Of a stretch of 31,766 nucleotides of DNA, positions 1 through 9,549 are shown piece after piece (position 1 is the stretch's first letter; each line of letters starts with the position of its first letter). The position numbers were made by a program, and so were the translations under genes. The notes under the pieces were generated by a model. It was not told where the DNA came from and did not search any database. It was given only the letters and a program-made list of their open reading frames with translations. The stretch comes from an uncultured Oligoflexus sp. (GTDB taxonomy: Bacteria > Bdellovibrionota_B > Oligoflexia > Oligoflexales > Oligoflexaceae), in the NCBI GenBank assembly GCA_964236955.1, contig CAXSGP010000053.1, positions 1 through 31,766 of the forward strand, read 5' to 3'.

Positions 1-6
1 TGCGTT

Positions 7-54
7 ACTGGGGATGTTCGACGTTGGCGTAGCCAAACGTCAACAGCCCCTAGT
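7..54. repeat. Imperfect palindrome, possibly a REP/MITE-like element cut by the window edge
   Basis: ACTGGGGATGTTCGACGTTGGC-GTA-GCCAAACGTCAACAGCCCCTAGT folds into a long bulged hairpin; no convincing ORF covers it. Confidence 0.4.
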
Positions 55-443
55 GAGATCGGCAGCTGCTTTGCCAAAAAGAACGGGCGGACGGGAAGAA
101 GGCAAGGCCTGGCCGAATGCCTTCCAAGCCTCCTTGAATTGGCGGCTAGTTGTCATAGTCTACGAAAACTAGCGCTTCAGGACTCCAAACAGAGCCTGTC
201 ATGTTTCGAAATGAGCGGAATAATTTTGTGGCATATAGAAGCAAAAAGCCTGCCGATAGATGGCGTCCAATTCTTCAAAACGATCCTTGCCTTCCATTCC
301 TTTGCTGAAAAATGCCGGTCTAGAGCCTTTATCCTATGCTGGCGTTCTCAAAAGAATCCTTAAATCATTACCGGGCAAAACTATTTATACTCGGCTATTC
401 ATCCCCCTTATTTAGCCGAACTTCCAGCGACCAAACCCAGAAC

Positions 444-475
444 AAAAAAAACCGCCTTCCGATGGAAGCGGCGGT
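444..475 (-). terminator. Intrinsic terminator of the EAL gene
   Basis: Minus strand ACCGCC(GC)TTCC-atc-GGAAGGCGGT followed by a T-run, about 20 nt after the stop codon at 497. Confidence 0.8.
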
Positions 476-496
476 GCCAGGAATTATCAGCGCGGA

Positions 497-2302
497 TCAG
501 GCCACATGATGTTTTAGAGGCGTAACATTTGAATGTTCTTCTTCAGTATCCGTTTCTGCTTCGGCTTTTACTTCCCCTGCCGCAACGGCTTCATAGATCC
601 CGATCTGTTCTTGAATAGCATGCAAGGCTTCGGGTCTGTGAAAGAGAAAGCCCTGGATCAGTTCGATGCCCATAGCTTTGAGTACCTCAGCCTCGTTCCA
701 GGTCTCGACCCCTTCCGCAAGTACAGTGGTATTCAAAATCTTGGCGGCGGTCACCAGACCTTGTACATAGGCCTGTTTCACGGGATCCTTGTCGATGTCT
801 TGAATCATGCCTCGGTCAAACTTAATGATGTCGGGGCGAATTTTAATGATACGGTCCAGGCTTGAATAGCCTTTGCCGAAGTCATCCGCAGCGATTCCCA
901 TACTGTGGCTCTGCAGATGCTCGCGTGCCTTCATCATAAGATCGAGGTTATTGATCGCCTCAGATTCGGATACCTCAAAAATGATCTTCATCGTCTTATC
1001 AAAATGGATCAGCAATCGATCGATATGATAGAGGTTGCGCGGAAGAATATTAACCATGAGTACACCGGGCAGGTCTTTGGCAAACTGGGCGGCATGCTTC
1101 ATACAGGCCTGATCGAGTTCAAGGGCGACGTTAGTCGTCTTGGCAATGGCGAACAGCACATCGGGACGAAGATACTGGGAATCGATTCCGGCCTCGAAAC
1201 TATGCTCTTTGATTGCCGACTGATTCACTCGAATTAAAGACTCAAACCCATAGAGTTGAGGTTTCAGTATTTTGATGCTTCGGGTCCTTTTCGCCTCCTC
1301 GATCATTTTTTTGTCGATGGCCTGCAAATGGAACACACCCTGATAGTGCGGAGTCAGGAGATCATCAGCCTGAATCAGAGTCTGCATCAGTTCGCGTTGA
1401 CGGTCGCGACCCCTTTTGAGTTGGGCCTGAGCCATGTATTTGCTGGACTCAAGTCCAGATTCGACGATTTCTCGGGTGTCGATGCAGGGATTGTTCAAGA
1501 CGCCGAAATAGCCCACCCCCAAGAGTGGAATGGAATGGACACATTCCGGTATACGCCTTTGGTTGACGGGCAAAAACAATTCTTTCCACATCGCATTATT
1601 GATGCTTTGCGACAGTCGGTCCGCGATCTTTTCCAAGGCGCCGGGGAAGGGCAGGGACCCTGTCTGACGCGATCTGTCCATAAATATATAATAGGTATTG
1701 GAGTTGAGTGATTTCCGGCAGATGATATCGGTGGCGCGTACACAGCCCGAGCCACCCCAGATTGCAACCATAACGTCATGAAGAACCGTCTTCATGATAC
1801 TGTAAACTTCCGTTCCAAAATCCACGCTGATCTTATTCAGGCCAGAGGCATCCAGCGTGAGGATACCAAGGCCACCGTAGCTATGTAAGAGATTGACGGG
1901 AATCTGCTGGTTATAGAAAGGGATGGAGCGCATCTGACTTTGTATGTTTTCATTGACACCTGAAAAACAGAAGACCGCGGTGGCGACGATTTCATCGTAG
2001 TTATCGCTGCTGAGAATGGTTATGTATTCCGCGTAGGAACTGCCATCGCCCGGCTTCGCAGGGGACCGCAGCACGATCACAGCAAAGCGGCGACCGAGAG
2101 CGTTGATGCTATCAATAAGAGCTTCGCGAGGCATTGTGACCTTGGATTCGTCAACAATCAGCACCGAGATACCTGGACCGTAAAGCTTAGCGTAACTGTC
2201 TTGTGCATCCAAATCTATTGCTGCAACCTTCGCGCCACGTCTTGCCAGATCAGTCTCTAGCCGCTTAGTCAGTGCTTGATTTTTGTTAGCAATCAATATC
2301 AT
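497..2302 (-). CDS. c-di-GMP phosphodiesterase: REC-like N-terminus, degenerate GGDEF domain, EAL domain
   Basis: EAL catalytic motifs ESLIR, VNI, FEVSE, DDFGKGYS, IKFD, AEGVET, IQGFLF. The middle region follows GGDEF-domain pattern, with RATD..R but no GGDEF motif. Confidence 0.88.
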   Translation of the reverse strand: MILIANKNQALTKRLETDLARRGAKVAAIDLDAQDSYAKLYGPGISVLIVDESKVTMPREALIDSINALGRRFAVIVLRSPAKPGDGSSYAEYITILSSDNYDEIVATAVFCFSGVNENIQSQMRSIPFYNQQIPVNLLHSYGGLGILTLDASGLNKISVDFGTEVYSIMKTVLHDVMVAIWGGSGCVRATDIICRKSLNSNTYYIFMDRSRQTGSLPFPGALEKIADRLSQSINNAMWKELFLPVNQRRIPECVHSIPLLGVGYFGVLNNPCIDTREIVESGLESSKYMAQAQLKRGRDRQRELMQTLIQADDLLTPHYQGVFHLQAIDKKMIEEAKRTRSIKILKPQLYGFESLIRVNQSAIKEHSFEAGIDSQYLRPDVLFAIAKTTNVALELDQACMKHAAQFAKDLPGVLMVNILPRNLYHIDRLLIHFDKTMKIIFEVSESEAINNLDLMMKAREHLQSHSMGIAADDFGKGYSSLDRIIKIRPDIIKFDRGMIQDIDKDPVKQAYVQGLVTAAKILNTTVLAEGVETWNEAEVLKAMGIELIQGFLFHRPEALHAIQEQIGIYEAVAAGEVKAEAETDTEEEHSNVTPLKHHVA

Positions 2303-2355
2303 CGAGGCACATATCCTTGAACATCGTTTTGCTGGGAATATTCATGACAAATTCT

Positions 2356-2382
2356 CTATCGGCCCGGTCCCGGAAAAATTGA
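2356..2382 (-). promoter_or_regulatory. Sigma28 (FliA)-type promoter of the EAL gene
   Basis: Minus strand TCAA-N15-GCCGATAG versus consensus TAAA-N15-GCCGATAA, about 55 nt upstream of the ATG. Confidence 0.65.
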
Positions 2383-2435
2383 GGCATCGTGCCTGATTAC
2401 GGACCATGATATAAATAATCCGCCGTCAACATCAG

Positions 2436-2463
2436 ATAAGTCTAAACAGTATTAAGGACTTAT
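2436..2463. promoter_or_regulatory. Inverted repeat between the divergent EAL and pta genes, possible operator
   Basis: ATAAGTC-N14-GACTTAT in an AT-rich intergenic region. Confidence 0.25.
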
Positions 2464-2506
2464 GTGAATACATACTTTCACCCGAAGCACCCGAGGTTTA
2501 TTTTTT

Positions 2507-3508
2507 ATGCCAGTGCAGGATCGATTCATCGACGATCTAATAAGCCGTGCCAAAACTCTTAAGGCCCGTTTGGCTCTAGCTGAAGGCGAAGACCCGCGAG
2601 TGATTGAGGCCGTTACCCTACTTCTCCAGTCGGGAGCCCCGAGCGAGATCTATCTCTTCGGGAAGTCTGCTAACGTAAAAAGACTACTCAAGAGTGCGAG
2701 CATCGATAGCCCTCGTCTGAAGGTCATTGATTCTGAAGCGCCAAGTCTCATTGCAGACACGCTGCTCCATTTTGAAACCCGTGCCAAGAGGAAAGGCAAG
2801 GATATTGCCGAGGAGGAAAAAAAGGGGCTAGGCAAATCCGTCCTCAATCAAGCCGCCTATTTCCTGGCGGAGGCAAAGGTTGATGCCGTGGTTGCCGGAT
2901 GTGTTCACACCACGGCCGATGTGATTCGCGCCAGTCTCAAAGGTGTGGGCATGAAGGCAGGCATCAAGACTCTAAGCGGATGCTTTGTCATGATCAAGGG
3001 CAAGGAGCGGCTGCTCTTTTCGGATTGCGGGGTCGTTGCCGATCCGAGCAGTGAACAGTTGGGCGATATTGCTTTAGCGACAGCGGATACCTTTCGCCAG
3101 CTCTTCCCCGAGTCTTCTCCCAAGGTGGCTTTTCTCTCCTTTTCCACCCAAGGCTCAGCCGAGCATCCGCGGGTGCAAAAGGTTATCGATGCCGCGGCAG
3201 CTTTTAAAAAGCGTGCTCCTGCCATCCTATCGGACGGCGAACTGCAGTTCGATGCTGCCTATGTTCCCGAGGTTGCTAAACGTAAAGCCCCGAACTCAGC
3301 AGTCGGCGGCGCCGCCAATTGTTTTATTTTTCCTGATCTGGATTCGGGAAATATAAGCTATAAAATCGCCCAGAGACTCGGAGGCTTTCAAGCCTACGGC
3401 CCGATATTGCAGGGCAGCTTAAAACCCTACCTGGATTTAAGCCGGGGAGCTAATGCCAGGGACATCATGGTCTCGGGACTTTTGGCTCTCCTTCGCAGCC
3501 AACCCTGA
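2507..3508 (+). CDS. pta: Phosphate acetyltransferase (short form)
   Basis: LAEGEDPRV, FSDCGV, KVAFLSFSTQGSA, DGELQFDAA, FIFPDLDSGNI, GPILQG, DLSRG motifs; GAGG RBS. Confidence 0.93.
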   Translation: MPVQDRFIDDLISRAKTLKARLALAEGEDPRVIEAVTLLLQSGAPSEIYLFGKSANVKRLLKSASIDSPRLKVIDSEAPSLIADTLLHFETRAKRKGKDIAEEEKKGLGKSVLNQAAYFLAEAKVDAVVAGCVHTTADVIRASLKGVGMKAGIKTLSGCFVMIKGKERLLFSDCGVVADPSSEQLGDIALATADTFRQLFPESSPKVAFLSFSTQGSAEHPRVQKVIDAAAAFKKRAPAILSDGELQFDAAYVPEVAKRKAPNSAVGGAANCFIFPDLDSGNISYKIAQRLGGFQAYGPILQGSLKPYLDLSRGANARDIMVSGLLALLRSQP

Positions 3509-3561
3509 CACGGGCGCGGACCTGTTCGAGCGGAAATTTTTTGCGCTTCCATGCAGGCTTT

Positions 3562-4440
3562 TTAAGACGCGGGGTCTACTGAACACGAATCTTCTTTGGG
3601 ATCACCAAGACTGCGATAGAGGGCAATAATGATAATAGCGGGGTTCGTCACCCGGGTCGCCTCACCGCCCAGCTGATAGGCATCCTTTAAAAGAAACCCT
3701 AGACTGAGGTAAAGTCCGGCCCGTCTGAGAGCAAAGGGCAAAACGCGAGACGCGAGAGATCCGATTCGCCCGACACCCGCCAATCGCGGCAGGCCCCAGG
3801 CGGATTCAATCAGAGCCGCCCCAAACCGCTTCGCCACAAGCTTGCCCAACATGCCTTTAAAACTGCTGAGGCTGCCACCATTCAATTTGGTCAGGAGGCT
3901 TTTGCGCAGCTCTTTTAAATCACCTAGGGTCTCAAAATTGGCGTCCTTCAAAAGTTGAGAAACCTTGGAGGGCGATAATTGCTCCAGGCTTTCACCCAGC
4001 ATCATCGCGCAGAGACTTATCTCTCTGTCTTCGACCGACATCGCATCGGGAAAGGGTTTTTTGAATCGGCCAGCGACTCGCTCATGGACCTGCCTGATGA
4101 TATCTTCATAATGCGGGCTCTCTTTGAGCCGGTTCCATAGGGTATGCCCACCGAATTCCCTAAGTTCCAATACAACGAAAAATGCACCCACCCTTTTTTG
4201 AGCGGCGTTGAGTTCGAAATCGGTTTGACCGGCTTCCTTCAGCCACCTCGCAAAGCCTTTGCGTAGATTCAATCGGCGTTCAAAGACCGGCCCCAGAACC
4301 GGCCACACTTCCGTTTCCCTGGCAAGCCATTCAAACAGCGCGATATCCTCAGCTGATGATTCTGCAGCTATTTTGAAATCACGGTCGAGTTTTTTTGAAT
4401 CCTGATAGTAGGGTTCGAGCCAGTTGCGTGCAGTAAACAT
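3562..4440 (-). CDS. Hypothetical protein, YaaW/UPF0174-like
   Basis: C-terminal GEATRVTNPAIIIIALYR resembles the recalled YaaW-family GxAYRVTIPAVxxIAxLR. GGAGGAGG RBS favours ATG 4440 over GTG 4446. Confidence 0.5.
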   Translation of the reverse strand: MFTARNWLEPYYQDSKKLDRDFKIAAESSAEDIALFEWLARETEVWPVLGPVFERRLNLRKGFARWLKEAGQTDFELNAAQKRVGAFFVVLELREFGGHTLWNRLKESPHYEDIIRQVHERVAGRFKKPFPDAMSVEDREISLCAMMLGESLEQLSPSKVSQLLKDANFETLGDLKELRKSLLTKLNGGSLSSFKGMLGKLVAKRFGAALIESAWGLPRLAGVGRIGSLASRVLPFALRRAGLYLSLGFLLKDAYQLGGEATRVTNPAIIIIALYRSLGDPKEDSCSVDPAS

Positions 4441-4607
4441 CGGCACCTCCTCCGCTAGTTTACTTCTCCGCGTAAAGATTTGCCGGCCTTTCGCATGTTT
4501 TCCTTCATGTCTTCCCTTTTTCCCGTTTCAAGTTTTTCTTAGCAGTCTTTAGTCCAGCCTCTAAGCTCTTGAAATGACTTAATGTTACAAACCTATTTGT
4601 TTTCCGC

Positions 4608-4635
4608 TCAAGTTTTTAGTCCCAGATGCCGATCA
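4608..4635 (+). promoter_or_regulatory. Possible sigma28-type promoter of the calpain-like lipoprotein gene
   Basis: TCAA-N16-GCCGATCA (TCAAGTTT...GCCGAT), 33 nt before ATG 4669; spacer is 1 nt longer than consensus. Confidence 0.45.
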
Positions 4636-4668
4636 GGGAAATACGAAGCTATAGGGAGAATTTAGAGT

Positions 4669-6075
4669 ATGATCCGATTCATCATGTTCGTTGCAGGAAC
4701 TATTTTACTCAATGCCTGTGCACCGGCGCCGATCACGCCCGACCGAAAAAACGTTCCGCCAGGCAAATCCAAAGACAGTGATTCAGTCTTTGTACCTATA
4801 GAGGAAACCGCCAACGGATCCGAGATCGAAACCGAAGTATCTTCCTCTTCCGCGCCCGAAGGAGCGACTCAAAATCCGAAAAAAGAAATTCCGACTGGCA
4901 ATACTGTCTTAAATCCAAGCCCGAGCCCGGACTCCTCCACCGGATCACAGCCAAAACCCGGCGGCATAAGTACGAAGCCCGTTCCAAACAATGGCAGCAC
5001 CGCTACGACGAGCCCTAATAAGCCCGTCACGACGGTTAGCGCAGCCCTTTCCAGTGACCTTATGGCCAAAGCCAGTGGCCGTACCAAATCACAAAAGACC
5101 CGTATGGGGACTTGGTTTGATCGAGCGGTCGACGTCAACATCAGCGAAGAAGACCAGAAATTTCTGGCCGACGCCAATCAAAACGTTGAGATCCCCGATG
5201 GAAAAAATGGCGACTGGTCCTATAAGAAATTTAGCGTCAATCTTTTTCCAAGCAAAGGCCTGCCCCATCCGGCCGATGGTTCACAGGGCGGTCTGGGCGA
5301 TTGCAACATGCTCGCCTTCCTCAATAGCTTTGCTTACCAGCACCCTGACTTTTTAAAGTCCATAATCAAGGATCGCGGCAATGGCACCTATGACATCGCT
5401 ATGTTTAATCCCAAAGCAGAACCCATAACGATCTCTCTCGATTCCAATTTTATCGCCGACAAAAACGGCAATCTTATCGTATCCCATGGCAAAAACAACT
5501 CGGTGATCTGGCTGACCATCATGGAAAAAGCCATTATGAAATATAACAAAATCTTTAAGATCTGGAACGGTGATGGACCAGGCAAGGTCGAAGGTTTTGG
5601 TTCCGAGGCAGGCGCTCCCATGCTGACCGGAGAAGGTGACAGCTATTCTTTTGATCGCGGCGCCTTGCCGAAAGCAGCCGACCTTACCCGGGCTGTGAAG
5701 GAAGCTCTAAAAGCCGGCAAGCTCATTACAGGAGGGTTTGGCGAACCCATGAATTTGAATAATTTGAAGTCGGTGACGGGCCATGCCTACACAGTACTTA
5801 TACCGAAAGATGGCAATACGATGATTTCGATGCGCAACCCCTGGGGCTTTTCACCTAAAGCCGACGGCGGCGGTGATGATTCGCATGACGGTATCCTCGA
5901 TATCGGTTACTTGGACGAATGGTTCAAAACGATTGATATTCGCATCATGGAGCCCGGCATTGCCGGTGGCACGGGTAACACCGCACCCTATCAGGCGCGC
6001 AGCTCTTTTCAGGGCAGTCAGTTTACAGCGGACGACATGGAAAGCACGATAGCCCTGTACGGTTCCAGACTTTAA
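4669..6075 (+). CDS. Lipoprotein with Ser/Pro/Thr-rich linker and calpain-like (peptidase C2) cysteine protease domain
   Basis: Lipobox LLNAC; low-complexity linker; catalytic triad motifs QGGLGDC, GHAYTV, RNPWG. Confidence 0.85.
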   Translation: MIRFIMFVAGTILLNACAPAPITPDRKNVPPGKSKDSDSVFVPIEETANGSEIETEVSSSSAPEGATQNPKKEIPTGNTVLNPSPSPDSSTGSQPKPGGISTKPVPNNGSTATTSPNKPVTTVSAALSSDLMAKASGRTKSQKTRMGTWFDRAVDVNISEEDQKFLADANQNVEIPDGKNGDWSYKKFSVNLFPSKGLPHPADGSQGGLGDCNMLAFLNSFAYQHPDFLKSIIKDRGNGTYDIAMFNPKAEPITISLDSNFIADKNGNLIVSHGKNNSVIWLTIMEKAIMKYNKIFKIWNGDGPGKVEGFGSEAGAPMLTGEGDSYSFDRGALPKAADLTRAVKEALKAGKLITGGFGEPMNLNNLKSVTGHAYTVLIPKDGNTMISMRNPWGFSPKADGGGDDSHDGILDIGYLDEWFKTIDIRIMEPGIAGGTGNTAPYQARSSFQGSQFTADDMESTIALYGSRL

Positions 6076-6101
6076 GCTGTTCTTTCTCCATTAAAGAAAT
6101 C

Positions 6102-6134
6102 AAACCTCGATGTCTGACGACTCGAGGTTTTTTT
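6102..6134 (+). terminator. Intrinsic terminator
   Basis: AAACCTCGA-loop-TCGAGGTTT followed by TTTT, after the stop at 6075. Confidence 0.8.
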
Positions 6135-6213
6135 CTACAGCGGCTCTTTTTGCTTTATAATGCATAAAACGAAATTTATGACGCAAGTCGGGTAAGAATC
6201 GCAGGAGTGGCTT

Positions 6214-7419
6214 ATGTTTCTCGAGCATTATCATAATACCAAAGTCGTCGTGATTGTGGCGTTGATCATTGGCGCTGCCCTATATTGGTATTTTCGAGGT
6301 CCGCTTCCCACCCTGCCCGATTCGCCGGCGCTGCCTCTTCCGCTCGAACCGATTCATTTGCAATTTGATTCCCAGCATTCCATTCATGCCGCCTCACGGG
6401 CCCTCGCCGATCAGTCCGCCGAATGGCGGGCCAGTCTTAAACACTCAGGTGCGATCCTTAAGACGAACGGCGTCAAAGAAATAATATTACTCCACGGTAC
6501 CTTTGTTGGATCCGATCCCGTGAATATCATCTCTTCGATGAAGTTCGTGTTTCCGAGGCTTAGCCGCGACTTTGAAGATGGGATGTCCAAACGCATGAAG
6601 GGCGTCATCGACCATTTTGCTCAGGATAACGGTAATTTTGTCCCCGCTTACGTCGAACTCCTGGAGAAGGCGCTCGACGCTAAAATCCCTGTGAAGATGC
6701 AATTCTGGTCCTCGGCCAATCATCATCTGGCCCGCCTTGAAGGAGCGATAAGTCTCCTTGAAAATATCGCCGGGGATTTTCCACAAAAAAGTCAGGACAG
6801 AATCCTGCTCATCGGTCACAGCCATGCCCGTCAGGTTTTCGCCCTCTTTACGCAGCTGATTCAGGGCAGTGGGACACGGGGCGTCCTCGGGGATTTTCTC
6901 TGGACTATCATTGAACAGGAAAAGCTCGCGGACAAGGCCCTCAAATCAAAAGCCAAGGCTCTTCGCAAGCAGCGCTTTGACTTCGTCACGCTGGGTGGAC
7001 CGGTTCGCTATGGTTGGGCTTTTATCCCCGATATGAAGGTCCTCCACATCGTCAATCACAGCGGCAATGCTGACGCCAAGGTCCAACCTTTTTCGTTCTG
7101 GAAGTCGACGAGCGGTGATTTGGTGCAGCAATGGGGAATGATAGGTTCCGATACCCTCGCGGTTACGCCTCGGGAAAGAACGATCAATAGGTCTCTCGAT
7201 GAATTTTTAGGTAAAGGCTGGCATACCCGACTTTGGTTAAAGTCTATAGTGCGTCGCGAAAGACTTGGTGATTTTGGCCGGACGTTACTGGTTGATTATC
7301 AGCATATCGCAGCCAACCGTAAGAATTTTATAAAAACAGGTTTTGGTCATGGTATTTATACGCGATTCGAAGTGATGCATTTTCAAATGGAGCTGCTTTG
7401 TAAGTATATATATTCATGA
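6214..7419 (+). CDS. Membrane-anchored alpha/beta-hydrolase-like protein
   Basis: N-terminal TM helix; LLHGTF oxyanion-type motif, IGHSHA nucleophile elbow, VTLGGP, C-terminal GHG; AGGAG RBS. Confidence 0.6.
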   Translation: MFLEHYHNTKVVVIVALIIGAALYWYFRGPLPTLPDSPALPLPLEPIHLQFDSQHSIHAASRALADQSAEWRASLKHSGAILKTNGVKEIILLHGTFVGSDPVNIISSMKFVFPRLSRDFEDGMSKRMKGVIDHFAQDNGNFVPAYVELLEKALDAKIPVKMQFWSSANHHLARLEGAISLLENIAGDFPQKSQDRILLIGHSHARQVFALFTQLIQGSGTRGVLGDFLWTIIEQEKLADKALKSKAKALRKQRFDFVTLGGPVRYGWAFIPDMKVLHIVNHSGNADAKVQPFSFWKSTSGDLVQQWGMIGSDTLAVTPRERTINRSLDEFLGKGWHTRLWLKSIVRRERLGDFGRTLLVDYQHIAANRKNFIKTGFGHGIYTRFEVMHFQMELLCKYIYS

Positions 7420-7841
7420 ATGGCTTCGGCAAAAAAGTGGATGGTATGAAGGCAGTCTCAGTTAACTGCCCTGTTGAGGTTTGAGGAGAACCTTAATAAA
7501 AAGGCTTGGGGGGATGGCTACCATTGATAGAGATTTTTATATCTCTCGATCGCCGCCCTTACATGTGAGCGGCAAATCAACGGGGAGGGATTTTGGCAGC
7601 CAATAAAAAAAGAGATGAGTCCTTGCTTGACCGTACTCTTTTGTGTCGATATAAGGATCTCGACTTAGACGACCCCTTTGTTGTTCTCTCTTGCTGTTCT
7701 TGAGAGCAACGAACATCGACAAAAGCCACAAAATTTTCTTCAGCAAGCTTGCTGTTCTGCTGATTTCTATCTCGCGCTAATGACTGCCTACCGTGGTTCT
7801 CCCAAACTCCCCCATATGTGTCAATCCCCATTGAAAAATCA

Positions 7842-7957
7842 CTTAACATTTTCGAGCGAGGCGAGCACAATGGGAAGACAACATCGCTCGCATTAAGCAC
7901 AATTCAGTTTGCCAACAGATAGATAATATGTTTGTTTAGAGGAAATCTGATTGTCAG
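7842..7957 (+). promoter_or_regulatory. Conserved upstream block of cassette 1 (operator/promoter candidate)
   Basis: Aligns with 9550-9664; 7897-7957 matches 9605-9664 at 49 of 61 positions by hand; GCACAAT occurs twice, 32 nt apart. Confidence 0.6.
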
Positions 7958-8057
7958 TTGCTTGGGCAATGGCTTGGACAAATTGACCAATTGCATCCGT
8001 TGCAAGGCTCAAGTCCAAGCAGAGTCGATTTATCTTTGGTGAGGCAACGCGTTAAGC

Positions 8058-8834
8058 ATGGTGAATGAGCAAGCACTGCTTACAGATCTGGTCGATGCGA
8101 TCAACGCATGGATAGAGGGAAGTCGAAGTCGAAGCCTATCGGGCCTTGCTAGACGCACCGGTGTCGCTTATTCCACGATCAGGCGCATCGCGCAAAATGA
8201 AAGTGTGCCTCACCCCTATACGGCTCTTTCGATTTCAGAAGTGGTCATGACCACGCAGCAACGTCTCGAGTTCTTGAAACAGCATTTTCCCACCATCGGT
8301 AATCTGATGGAAGAATGCTACGACAACAAAATTGGCGGGGAACCCAATGCCGACGCTCTGCAGCGTTTTCTTCGCATGGAACCTCACAATCGAATTTTTA
8401 ATATAGCCGCTACTGAAATCGGTACGAATAGACGTGCCATCCAAAGACTTTGTGGCCAGATGGGTATCGATTCGCTCAATGAACTACTCGACGAATCCTT
8501 GTTAGTTGAACTTCCGGACGGAACGATTAAATATACCCATGATGGCTGGACTCATGCGAATATAGACGAGGCACTGTCTCAAGTCCGCCATTCTACCCAG
8601 CATTTCGATAAGCACTTAGTGGGAACCGATGGAGCCAGCCTGATGCACGCGACTGGTGCTATCAAGCCCGAACTTGTGCCGCAGGTTAAAGAGCTTGTAT
8701 TAAAATTTATGAAGGATATAAATGCGCTAAAGAATGACGATACGTCAGAAGGCAGCATTCACTTCTTTTGTGACTTAATGTATTCCCTTTACGACCGTCA
8801 GGAGTGGGCACCTTATCAGGAGCGTAATCAATGA
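8058..8834 (+). CDS. HTH protein, TIGR02147/DUF4423-like, copy 1
   Basis: N-terminal HTH (SLSGLARRTGVAYSTIRRI); C-terminal VKELVLKFMKDI...FFCDLMYSL resembles the DUF4423 pattern; about 80% identical to 9736-10518 by hand count. Confidence 0.7.
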   Translation: MVNEQALLTDLVDAINAWIEGSRSRSLSGLARRTGVAYSTIRRIAQNESVPHPYTALSISEVVMTTQQRLEFLKQHFPTIGNLMEECYDNKIGGEPNADALQRFLRMEPHNRIFNIAATEIGTNRRAIQRLCGQMGIDSLNELLDESLLVELPDGTIKYTHDGWTHANIDEALSQVRHSTQHFDKHLVGTDGASLMHATGAIKPELVPQVKELVLKFMKDINALKNDDTSEGSIHFFCDLMYSLYDRQEWAPYQERNQ

Positions 8835-9277
8835 AAAACCTTTTGCTTGCCATCTTTATCTTCTGCGGTTCCATGGCGGTTCAAAGTCAGCCCGTCAAAG
8901 CCAGTGGCGCTACGGTTGTATTCCTTCAGGTGAAGTTCAATGACTATCTTTTGACCTCAGCGATTCGTGATAAGTATTTCAACAGTAGCAAGCTCTACAA
9001 TTATCTTGAGACCTCGGCTAACAATCTCTATGTCGCCCGCATCAATCCCTTAATTTTTGGTTCCGTTACCTATTACAGCGCGCGTGGTTTCGGAGTCACC
9101 ATCGATTTTGATCAGTATCAAAAGGTGGAGTTCAATTATATCGCCAGCCTGAAAGCTATGATCGGCGTGACCGAAGACTATGACATCATCGTCCTGCTCC
9201 CGCTGCTTCCAGAGAATGACGGCTACGTTCCGAAGTCGATGCGGTCGACTCTCGACAACGACGGGGATGAAGATTAA
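8831..9277 (+). CDS. Small secreted Tyr-rich hypothetical protein, copy 1
   Basis: Signal peptide ending VKA|SG; ATGA overlap with the HTH gene; paralogous to 10515-10931. Confidence 0.8.
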   Translation: MKNLLLAIFIFCGSMAVQSQPVKASGATVVFLQVKFNDYLLTSAIRDKYFNSSKLYNYLETSANNLYVARINPLIFGSVTYYSARGFGVTIDFDQYQKVEFNYIASLKAMIGVTEDYDIIVLLPLLPENDGYVPKSMRSTLDNDGDED

Positions 9278-9371
9278 GAATTGTTTGGGGGGTCCTGGTT
9301 CGTGCGAATTCTTAATAAACTGGCTTCTGAGTAGAATTTAACAAAAACCTGCTGTCTCCTCTCGACTCCCC

Positions 9372-9407
9372 TCCCCGAGTGACCATCACCCGGGGATTTC
9401 TTTTTTT
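9372..9407 (+). terminator. Intrinsic terminator after cassette 1
   Basis: TCCCCG-AGTGA-cca-TCAC-C-CGGGGA followed by TTTCTTTTTTT. Confidence 0.6.
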
Positions 9408-9549
9408 GAATTTTACAAAAACCGTTCCGCGGTTCGATGGCTGATTTTTTTTCAACGCCCGATTCATGTGAAAATCCAGCACAATTTCCCGCAGGGCCTA
9501 CCTTTTGGGTTCCCGCCATTATTTAATATTATTCTTATCCCAATTAAAG

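Noticed and set aside
230..262. Other GCCGAT boxes (252, 26631, 28243) as sigma28 promoters
   Set aside because: No properly spaced TAAA/TCAA -35 element, or the orientation does not lead into a gene.
6160..6200. c-di-GMP-I riboswitch-like CATAAA-ACGAAA-TTTATG-ACGCAAG
   Set aside because: It lacks the GGCAAA start and the second stem; probably promoter sequence.
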